A DNA stretch of 64,000 nt from Tubiluchus corallicola (lineage: Eukaryota > Animalia > Priapulida), in the NCBI GenBank assembly GCA_030141605.1, contig JAQGDQ010000812.1, positions 29,043-93,042 on the forward strand. The letters are read 5' to 3'. A model generated the notes under the pieces. The model did no database searches. It worked only from the letters and a program-made list of their open reading frames with translations, and was not told the origin of the DNA. This document shows, piece by piece, positions 51,219-64,000 of the stretch. Position 1 is the stretch's first letter. Every line of letters begins with the position of its first letter. The translations under genes and the position numbers were made by a program.

Positions 51219-52329
51219 CATATATGTTTACTTATATACTCATATATATATATATATATATAGTGTTTTCATAAATTAAAGCACTTAACGCTGGTATAAA
51301 TGGCAGAGCAGCCTGCATTTTTCTGGTTACGTGAAAGTGTAATGTTTTTACCTTTACCCAAACTTTATTATATGTGAAGCATTTTTACCTTTTCTACTTT
51401 TGGTCAAATCTTATGTTCATATGGTAAATTCTGATGCGTTAAATTATACAATAATTCAAAAGTTTTTTGCAGCACGGTCGACGAAGCTTAAAAAGTTAAA
51501 TGAAACACGTGAAATTGCCACAATGCCACATACAAAATTTTTTGTTCAAGCTGTCACTAGAGGGTTGGACCTGTTTTAACTGCTTGATAGTGTTCATCTG
51601 TCCTGTTGCAAGTAGATGCCTCATTGGATGCCCACGAATGTATTGTTTGAATTATTTCTCACAAACAGCTCGCTTTTTTGTAGTCGTCTTCGTGATTTTA
51701 TTCTTTTTCTTAATTTCTTACGCATTTGGGTATCATCATAACCATGAAGAAGATACTCTGAATATGATTTACTTAATATGTCAGATAGCCTGCCATTGGC
51801 CAGAGCTACGTGACTTTGTGCATTCTAAATGATTCATGATCTATAAGTAATCAATGATTAATGGATTAATAATCCAATTCAGTCCGCTAAGCTTGATTTC
51901 CGGTTTGTGTCAAATGAATTTCCCGTTTGTGTTATACATGTAGTTTATTGATCAAATCAACTTACATGTATATACAGGAAGAATGGGGTGAATGCCACAA
52001 TCGATACATTAGTGATTTTAGTCCAAATGGCACTTTACACACATTTTCTACTCAAGGTTACAGCACTAAAAACAGCGTTATGCTACTAGGTACTATTTGA
52101 TTTTAAAAAAAAAACACAATGGTAAAGCTATAAGCGAAACATCTACATGTATATGGATGGAGTACTGGTGTTACATTATTTATACAATTCGCTACATGTT
52201 TCTCACATCATACTAATTAATAAATCAACACAGAAGGTGCAAAATTTCATGACATATTATGTAGAAATTAGGATGCTCAAAGAAGTGTGTTAAATCAGCA
52301 AAGTTTACATTGTCGTAGCGGTTTGTAAC

Positions 52330-54650
<2,321 letters not shown>

Positions 54651-55525
54651 CTTATTTCCTTATTACTGGGAATGTTTTGACTTTGAAGAACAGCAATAAT
54701 AAATGTTCAAAATGACTGTTTAAACAGGCAACGTACTGAATGAGTAAAGAATGGAAGCCAAAGAAGTCAACTGGCTTGATTGGTGGTAAGGGTATGCTTT
54801 TTGCAGTGCATTAGGTGTAAGATTGGAAGGGTTCCAGTTCAGATAGGCATGTTTACCATAACATGACAATTTCTTTTGCCATATTTGCGGTGTACGTCAT
54901 CCCTTGCGCAGGTGACGTGCGAAAACCGTTCAGAGAAGCGTCATACTTACTTCAGTGCTGTGATCGTCTTTGTTATAGGAACGCTACTTTAACTTGTGGC
55001 TTCGTGACACGGATCTAATATTAATTTAGGAATTAGTGAATTGTAAGACGGTTAATGAATGGTGTTTCTCAGCCTTTCCCCGCAGACATTCGACAATTTC
55101 ATCTTGGCGCCTTTGAGCACTGATGCTTGGCTTGTTTCATTTTCACGAAAAAAATAAATAGCAGTTCGGCTTTTTGGTTCCACATACTACATTCGTGAAA
55201 AGTTGCAGAGATTTGGTAATTTGGCACCGTCTCTTAGAATATTGCTGTAGTGCACAATCCTGTTTACATGAGCTTGTTTACTCATTAAATCTTTCAATGA
55301 AGTAGACAGGAAGGAAGCCAAAAGAGAAGCCTTACGCTCCTAAACGTATAATAGCTGTTTGGTGCCTTAATATCCTGGCTAGGTAATTAAGAACACGAGC
55401 CGTTACAGACAACAAAGAGTTGAGTGTTAGACGTTTTGCTACATGTGTTTGTAGAAGACATTGCGCGGCTTTTTTAATTCACAAACTGGTTTGATACCAA
55501 AAGCTTGGATTATAAACATATTATA

Positions 55526-56497
55526 ATGGAAAATGTTACTGCTATAATTGACCTCATCAATGGCACGTTTACGACAACAGCGCCGCCACGATCTATTCCA
55601 TTGTTCTTCGTTATTTACATGTATGTCATGTTCGTCGCTGGGATCGTCATCTGTGTCACTAGTTGCATCACAATATTCACAGTCTGGAAGACGGAAAAGT
55701 TGCACAATTGTCCTTACTATTTCGTGTGCAGTCTAGCTTGGGCTGATTTGCTTATCAGTATTGCCACCATAATTCTCAACTTTACGCGTATAATTGACCT
55801 GCCTCATAATAACTACAGGTGTAATTTCATAATGTTCTTGTTGTCCAATTCTTCAACGCTCAGTTGTCTCACGCTTCTGGGTGTTACCATTGACAGATAC
55901 ATAAGTATTATCTACCCGCTATACTATCAAACGTGGGTCACTGGGAAACGTGTCGCTGTTGTCATCGTGGTCATCAATATTTTTACTTTTGGATCGGCAC
56001 TGATAATCATGGGAGTCAAAGGTCTGCAGTTGGGCAAGCGATGCATTTTCACCATGGTGTCATGGGGCGGTATCATTTTCACTCTTATTGGTATCTTCAG
56101 TATCATCAGTGGCGTCAGCATGATCTTCTGTTACGCAAGAATCGCCAAGGTTGCTTGGCGTCATCACCAGGCCATTGCCACGGTCGAGTCTACCTTGACA
56201 GACACCATCACAACCATGTTTAAGCAACGTCTGATGTTGGCCAAAGCTTTTGCGTCCATCATTGGCCTGTACTTCGTCAGCTATCTGCCACTGTTTGTGC
56301 TAATGACAATGTACTATGTGTGCGGAGAGAATTGTGGGATAGGTCCCAAAAGCATTCTGTTCAGTTACACTGGTGGTCTGGCTACTTGGAACTCTCTGTT
56401 TAATTTTGTTATTTACGTAATACAAGACAAAGATTTGCGCAATGCTATTATTGCATTGCTTATCCCCACAAATTTTTTCTTCATCCAAAATAATTAG
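55526..56497 (+). CDS. Intronless class A (rhodopsin-like) GPCR, orphan, possibly chemoreceptor-like (323 aa)
   Basis: The first ATG is 55526 (the track starts at TTG 55505). There are seven hydrophobic segments, N-terminal sequons NVT and NGT, KLHNCPYYFVCSLAWADL in ICL1/TM2, a TM3 Cys and DRY, an ECL2 Cys, YARI in TM5, SYLP in TM6, NSLFNFVIY in TM7 and helix 8 DKDLRNA. Confidence 0.92.
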   Translation: MENVTAIIDLINGTFTTTAPPRSIPLFFVIYMYVMFVAGIVICVTSCITIFTVWKTEKLHNCPYYFVCSLAWADLLISIATIILNFTRIIDLPHNNYRCNFIMFLLSNSSTLSCLTLLGVTIDRYISIIYPLYYQTWVTGKRVAVVIVVINIFTFGSALIIMGVKGLQLGKRCIFTMVSWGGIIFTLIGIFSIISGVSMIFCYARIAKVAWRHHQAIATVESTLTDTITTMFKQRLMLAKAFASIIGLYFVSYLPLFVLMTMYYVCGENCGIGPKSILFSYTGGLATWNSLFNFVIYVIQDKDLRNAIIALLIPTNFFFIQNN

Positions 56498-56731
56498 CAA
56501 TGGTCAACCTGTTTTTGATTGCAATTTAATAATATTCTTGATTTAGGTTTTAACCTAGCAAATAACTGGTTGAAGAATTGTCCAAGAGTCAATGGTTTGT
56601 TTTAAATAAAGAGCTTGTCAATAAAGAGCTTTGTTAATCCACTATAAATAAATAAAGTTTTAACTAAACTAAACTAAAGAGCTTTAAGTGCTCATGTTAT
56701 TTATGTAAATGATCGACGTTAAATAAAATTG

Positions 56732-56947
56732 ATCTTATCTTATCTTATCTTATCTTATCTTATCTTATCTTATCTTATCTTATCTTATCTTATCTTATCT
56801 TATCTTATCTTATCTTATCTTATCTTATCTTATCTTATCTTATCTTATCTTATCTTATCTTATCTTATCTTATCTTATCTTATCTTATCTTATCTTATCT
56901 TATCTTATCTTATCTTATCTTATCTTATCTTATCTTATCTTATCTTA
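56732..56947. repeat. (TCTTA)n pentanucleotide microsatellite, perfect, about 43 units
   Basis: Direct reading. It explains the ILSYL ORF. Confidence 0.98.
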
Positions 56948-59900
56948 AAGCATTTTAAACGACAAATAATGTTAAATAGGTGTCATGACTTAGTGTTTGT
57001 ATTTTGAGAATTGCACTTCTTGTAACGTTGTCAAATAAATAAATAAATAAAGTAAATAAAAATACTTTTACTTTTCTGTATCAGAGTCGTGAATTGGTTT
57101 TTAACTGTTTCCTTATATTGGTGTTTTATTTTGAATTTCAGTACAGCGCAAAATTTGAATTAGAACTGCACAAATTGATTTAGACCTGCAGAAGCATGCA
57201 GGAATCTCTCTCTCTCTACAACACGTTAAAACTGTCCAAGATTCCATGAGCTAATCTTAGTATTATTGGTATTATAATAATTCATTAACAATCTTAGAGA
57301 TATTTGAGTGTCTTCTTGCTAATTATTAATTACTAAGGTGCATTAACCACATAGTTCATAATGAATTTTTTGCGTAGTTTTTTATGTCATTGCAGTTTAA
57401 AATCGGGTAGCACTCAGTAAGTGTGCAAACACCCAAGATTAGTACATGTATACACACGCGTTCGCGACAAAAGTGCATTTAGGATCTAATAGGAATTTCA
57501 GGATCTAATAGAAGCAACTTGAAATAGGAAGTAGATGAAAAGCACAGTCATAGATTCGTGTCCTATATGAAATACGATATGATGTTTTTCTGTCAGTTTG
57601 ACAAAAATATAGATTGACAAGCTGGCTTCTTTCGGCGTAAGTTATCTTTTGCAGTTTCTTCTGAAATTTTAATCACAGAGTATATAGTTAGTTTAATTTA
57701 AGCTTTATTTTTTGAAGTGGGTTAACCAAACATATATCTCATTTAACTGATATAAGTGTCTCCGCGGTGTATATGTTAAGAGAAGGATGGATCTTATAGT
57801 AATATAGGCATTCTAACCAGAGGAATTTTATCTTAATTCAGCGTAGCGTTTTAGACGAATGAAACAATCTGCTCATCTGATACAAATAGATCCTTAAAAT
57901 GCATAGGTTATATACTGCGTGAACCCTTTACATTATTATTCACGAACGAGTTAAAGTACAGTTATAATAGACAGTTTTTTGTCGGCCTATTGCACATGAT
58001 AAAAAGTTAGAATTGCTCTTTGGAACGAGGACTTGATTTAATAAAATACATTGTAAAGATAAAATAAAATTGTAAAGATTATAGCAATGTCGGTGTCCAG
58101 TTTTTAATTTTTTTCAAGCATTTTCCTTACGCAGTACCATTAGGTTATAATTTTGTGAATACGTTGTTTTGACATTTTTAGTACAGCAACGAGGACGCCA
58201 AGTTTTTAATTTTTAAGAAAAAAACGATGAAAAACTCGTTGTTTGTTGTGGGGTATTTAACAATTTATATTCATGTGGTATATATCCTATATCCGTCCTG
58301 CACTGCTTAACATTTTTTGCGTGTAACGGATTAGAGCTATAATGTATTACATGTATTTGGAAATGGCTTAGAATGTACGTGGCACGCTTGCGTATGGCAT
58401 TACATCGTCTCTCCATTAAGATGTGTTCATGTGACGGCAGTGATACTTTGTACTGAATGGTTTCTACAGATTCCATCTAAACGACACTAATTTTGTCTTA
58501 GTATGTATAATGAAAGTGGAAGCATTTGAATAGGTCATGTACATGCTGTCAGATTATATAACTGACGTTTTTTCCTCTTCGTGCGTATTTTCTCGTCTCA
58601 TTTACTTTCTAAGTGATCCAGCGGTCTTTTCTTACATTTTGTCACGCGCCTTCAATATACCGCCCATATTCGCCTTTAAGAGTTTCAAGCGCTATTAGTA
58701 CTCGCTGCTTGTGAATAAAAAGCGTATGCTGACCTTTATAAATAAGTAGATAATAGACACCTATACGTGACATGTTGTGACTATAGACTGGATGTTGTTG
58801 TGTTTTCTTAGTTAATCTCAGGTAGTCTACCTTGATGTTCTACAACTCTATTATGTACGGTAAACGTGACTGCCTTAGTGGATTTCATTTCGGTGATGGG
58901 AAGATCATTAATGTTAATTGTTAAAAGAATTTGTTGTATGTAATTATAATGCATTCATAATAATACTTTTTATTAAAAATCAGCTTTAAGTTGAACAGAC
59001 AGCACAAACGTCCTGCGAAATAACTGCTTAACATTACCGGAACGGTTTATTACTACGCTCCATTTTTACTCTTATTACCATGTGCGTGCCTTGTCCTACA
59101 ATACGTTTGGTTTAATCCAAGGCACAGTTTCGAACACACAACCTCCCATGTGGAATGCAAATGAGTTGTGTATTAGCTGAATATACTATAAATCGCTGTT
59201 ATAAAATGCATATAATATAACAGAGCGTGGCAAATAGTTGAGTGTAAGTTGTGCATTTTGCTAAGAGAGTTAAGCATTGCAGAGCCTGGTTAGTATCTAT
59301 CTGTCTAATTATATTAGGGTGGCTGGGTGAGTGTCTATCCTAAAAATTACTCCATTGTGGTTTATTTCCCTTACTGACGTCAGCTGTTTTGCTGCACTAC
59401 TCAACCTGCATAAACTAGGTGATGCATAAACTATTTTTGACAACAAGCCAGTTCTTGTCCTGCCACAATAGTTTAATGTAAGTAGTGTGCTCTAGTGACG
59501 AGTGTAGCTGCCAACTCGCAGTGTGCAGAACTATATAACAAGCAGCTACAGTGTATTGTTGGAATCAAAGAACTTGTTTATTAAGGGAAAAGCCAAGCCT
59601 TCTAGGAAGTTGGGCTTATTCTTTTGCCTGCGAAAAATGCTAGAAGGGCTAATTTTGTTATATTTTTGCATGAATGTTAGTTAAGCTGCAGCAGTTTGAA
59701 TTAGTTAAGCGGGGAGCCACGATAACTTGCGAAAGGTCACGAAGTCCACCAATTACGTCACAATTGCGTCACAAGTGAATGGCGGTAACCACTGCGCCTG
59801 AAAATTCCTGCCTAGCGGTAGTATAAATTAACCTTGTTTATAGACAATTTGTTTGCAATTTTTTGTTATATTTTCTTAGGTTTAAATGATAACAGTAAAA

Positions 59901-62900
59901 TAAACCCAACATGCTAAGTGACTTGTCCTTTACTTTAAGTGTTCAGAAGGGAAGCGAGTAACTTTCAGTTCACGTAATTTTCAGGGTTATGTGAAGTGTG
60001 AGAAATATATGGCTGTGACTTATCTCCGGCAGACTGGGGGATGGGGGTCCCTCTGGGCAATTAGGCCCTTTCGTTCAGCAAAAGTAAAAGTACAATAACT
60101 TTCCTGCAAATTTTTGAATTACATGTATGTACTTAACATTACGACATACACCATATTTGGAAATCCAGAAAACCCTATAAAATATCTCGCTTGGTAAATA
60201 AATCCATCTTTACAGGAAAACAAAGCTAAGCTTAGTTTTGCTTTCAGCATTGTAAAATACGCTTTTCCAGTAATTTTCAAATTTGTGTAGCAAATATTAT
60301 GTAGCAAATAGTGACCTATTTCTCTGCTGGAAAAACTTTAAAATGGGTTGCTGGGACAATTTGTTCCTGTCAGATTTGAAGTCAGCATAATAAAATACCC
60401 CATTTTCGGATATGTATCCGGACCCGGTTCAAAATGGCGTACAAAAATTCCCTTGCATCAATTTCTTTTGAACTGAGGGATCATAATCTTTAGCTTTAAC
60501 CAAAAAAATCAGTTTTAGCACAGAAAACCTACGAATGGGGTAAGGGTCCATACTAATTGCCTTTCACTGTCTTATTCTTACTTTTATTGTCTTTTTCTTA
60601 ATGGAAGAGAAACAGCCATTCGATTAAAGGTTAACAGTTTTTTTTAGTTTAGGTTCCATATAATAGTGCAGTGTAATTAACCAACTCGAAGCAGTCAGTT
60701 GTATGTACTACTAGTATTTATAGGAACTGTATGTCATCACTCATTACCAAGGTGGTTTTCTAAGCGTCGTGCATGAATAATGTAACTCGCAATATTGTAA
60801 AGTACATCATAATAATAACAATTTAGATTAGTATGTAAATGAATCTCTTTTATAAAAAGCTCCTTTTACATTTTTTCTACGTATTTATTTTTCATCACTT
60901 TAGCTACTAATATGAAACAGTTTAATTATGTAATTATAGTTTATACCTTTCTTCCCTGTACAGTCCGTACAGAATCGGTCATCACTCTTGCGTAAGTAAT
61001 TTACGTACTCAGAAAAACCCGTAAAAACTTCACAAAATGTAGTTGAGCATTCATATGTAAAACTTACATTTTGTGATTTAGCTGTCCTGAAGTACGTTCT
61101 TAGTCTGAGTCTTAAATATTAGATGACTTCAGATTATTAATAATCTTCAATAGAATGCTTTGGCGTTTACGTAGACCTCAGTCTGTAAGTTTGATTTGTT
61201 ACCAAAGCTACATAAATCTACGTAAATCTAAATCTACAAATCTAAATCTTTAGGTGTGTTGTAATACAATACTTTATCTTGTAGTATGGTAAGGCTATGA
61301 CACTTTGTGCTGTGTAGCCACTAGCCAGCCATTGAAAGAGTATTCACCCGTTACATAAGCGTAACTTAAATACCTTTTAAATGTTACATAAGTATCTTTA
61401 AAAGTGTACCCAAACTGCAAAAGCAAAAAAGCATCCTACAATTTCATAACTTTGTCACACATAGAGTCGAGGTGTTTATAATTGTTTGTAATGTTAATTA
61501 ATTAATATGTTTGCATGAATTTACATTTTCTGTAGTGAGGTGGCACCCTATCACTAATAACTTCTCTTTGTTTATTGTCGTCACTTTATTTGCAATTTTA
61601 AAAAGAATTTGTCAATTGCAAAGGTGCAAACAGAATAGATATCGAATGGAACATCGTGAAATCCTCAGAATGAGGCTGAGATCATAGGAAAATAAGTCTA
61701 TAATATCAGTATCAGCAGTTTCACCTTCATAAGATCTCTCGCGTGGAAACCACTTTTGTCTTATCACTAATTTAAACGACGAAAGTATTTTATATTCATC
61801 ATTGCACAGAAATATAAGTGAACGCATAGTTACTATACAAGAATATGAGTATTAAAAAGATATTGGATATTTTAATTGTACATACTTACAATATTAGAAC
61901 GAATGTTGGTTTTGTGTTACCGTTTTAGCAGTTACAAATGCGCATTCAAATATAGCGTTTCCGAGACACTCGTTTATGGTCTACAGCTAGTTTATTAATA
62001 TTTTTAGTTACGAAATTTGTTTCACTTAACTAAAAATTGAGAATAGTTCGACGGCCAGATGTGGGGAACTTTTTGGTTCCAAAGTGAAGGATAGATTTAG
62101 GTAATGCCATCGGTGACCTTGAGTGGGTAGTATAAGGTCAAAGGTTAGTTTTCTGGAATGTTTTGCACTCTAGCATAATTTCCCATAATTTCAGTACAGC
62201 ACTTATTGCATCTGTTGCGGGTAGTTGCCGTCACTAGCACTGTTATCTACGCCATCTTGCGGTGGAGTTAAGGATCTTTTTCTCGTTGCTGTGGCGCCCC
62301 CGAAAGGTAGTTTGTTAGTTGCCAGTGCTTAAAAGCATCCTCCTCGGCCTGGCTTCTTTCCGTGTTTTGGTGAATTTCCTGCACCATTATGTTTTCTCAC
62401 TTTTTTCCCGTGATTCAGTGCTGCATTTCACAATTCATTGTCTGTTGTTTATGCCAATAACTAATTGAACATACGCAATTAGTTGCTAAGTGTTACATTT
62501 CATCTCTTGTGTGTTAAAGTTTCTATTATCTTTCTTTGTCTTATGTCAGGCAGGAAACCATTAGGTTTCCATGCATTTTAGATTTAGCTTTTAATTTAAT
62601 TTACCTGCAGCCTACCAGTGCATCAGTATTTTTTCAGTCAGAAAATAAATTCCCTAACCGAATAATTTTGTTAGTCGGCTTGCTACTCTGCAGATGTAAA
62701 GCCAACGGTTACTAGTACTGAAAGGTTGTGGCGGGATTGAATCATTTATTAAGAACGCGCATCAATCAATGAACAATTTCTTTTTTATTTGGTATTTTTA
62801 CTGCTCACTTTGTTAGAAGAAAATCTGAATTTTTGTGCAATAATAATAGTTGCTCTGCTCACTTTTTAGAAGAAAAACTGTAATAGATTGCTTTAAAATT

Positions 62901-64000
62901 ATTTTTTTGTTTTTGTTTCAAAGTTTGGGCATGCTATTTAGATAATACAGCTCTGTAGAATTATTCGCCTTGTTTTACCATGGAAAATTATGCTGAAAAT
63001 CCTACATAACGGCTTTTTACACCAGGGGCCGGATTCACTAACACTTTCGTAAGAATTTTTGTAAGAAACTTAGTAGGAATTTTTTGTTTTCGTAAAGTTA
63101 CGATCTTATTTAACAGCCTTCTTAGTTTATGCAAAATTTCATGCTTTTAAGGCAAAGTGAGCAATTCTGTCATTTTGTGCAACACTTGCAGCCATCTTAG
63201 CTGCTGTTGAAATGAGGAGATGTTATAGATGCAATTAAGCATCAGGTAGGAATACCTTGACCTAGAATTTAAACACCAAAATAATTGAAATCATGTCTGC
63301 TCTAATAGCTAAGATATAGCTGTTATATGGCCATATTGTCGGCCGTCTTGAACATTTTCGTATTTGAAGTCAAAACGAGCAATTTTTTACCATACTAGCT
63401 GGCTAAATGCTTTGGTCAAATGGCAGCCATCTTTTTTGACGTCATAGTAGACCATTTGTGATGCTCCAAATTTGGCCTACTTTTCATGTTATGCGCTGGA
63501 CTAAATACTTCAAGAAAACACCATAAATCGTTTTCTTGTAATTTTTGCGGCAAGTCAGCAAATTACCCTACTATAGAATTCGTATAGCACAAGGCCTCTA
63601 AGGGGTGTGCAATATTTTGGGCTCCAAAGTGGGAATAACGATTTTCTAGTATTTAGTTGTTCATCTCTCTCCTACAATGGTATTTTTAAATCTTGTGGAA
63701 TCCTCTTCTTTACCGAAAATTTCAGCGAAAGATGGTGCCACAGTGCATACTTGTATTGCTCATTTATGATTAAAATGATAAAGGCTTCTTTATCGATCAC
63801 ATCCATAAAATTCTGCGCTAGATGTCGCGTCAATGTAGAATCTATTCTAAAATCTACATAAGAAGTTATGTGGTAGCAGCCCGTATAGACGCCCTTAAAG
63901 ATTAGTTTCGTAATTATTAAGGTATGCAGTTACTGATTGCTGAAAGTTTTGTGACTTGTATGTAGGGACAGTGTTGACCAAATTCGAACTTTCTCAAGTG

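Noticed and set aside
56729-57007. 92-aa (ILSYL)n ORF
   Set aside because: It is a translation of (TCTTA)n.
59985-60070. ttttcag|GGT TAT as a candidate next myosin exon (starts GY)
   Set aside because: It continues GYVKCEKYMAV..., lacking the expected G[YF]P...F..F..RY pattern.
62050-63620. Scattered TGACCTTG/AAGGTCA and GCCATCTT motifs suggesting DNA-transposon or MITE remnants
   Set aside because: No paired termini or TSD could be defined within the window.

Overview
This is AT-rich, intron-rich animal (invertebrate-like) genomic DNA, not prokaryotic, so most short ORFs in the supplied track are noise or exon fragments. Reading splice sites by hand gives six genes. (1) A minus-strand d4/DPF (Requiem-N, C2H2, double PHD) gene runs from ATG 12680 to beyond the left edge; its ~8 kb PHD2-splitting intron (the last one visible in the window) holds (2) an antisense gene encoding a multi-C2H2 zinc-finger protein in a single coding exon, plus a hAT-like element with a target-site duplication. 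(3) A CUEDC1-like gene with a single coding exon is probably head-to-head with d4 around an ETS-like palindrome. (4) An unrecognised spliced gene of about 170-200 aa follows. (5) The first 14 coding exons of an unconventional myosin motor (most like class XXII) include a clear U12-type intron; no next exon was found in the remaining ~20 kb. (6) That stretch holds an intronless class A GPCR with altered activation motifs. Several decayed LINEs (CR1-like, other APE-RT, HERO/NeSL-like), MITEs and microsatellites fill the introns. No rRNA, tRNA or CRISPR array was seen, and I found no clearly new biological system. The best leads are the repeated gene-in-intron architecture, the orphan gene, the minor intron and two small structured elements. 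All family assignments come from recalled motifs, not database searches.
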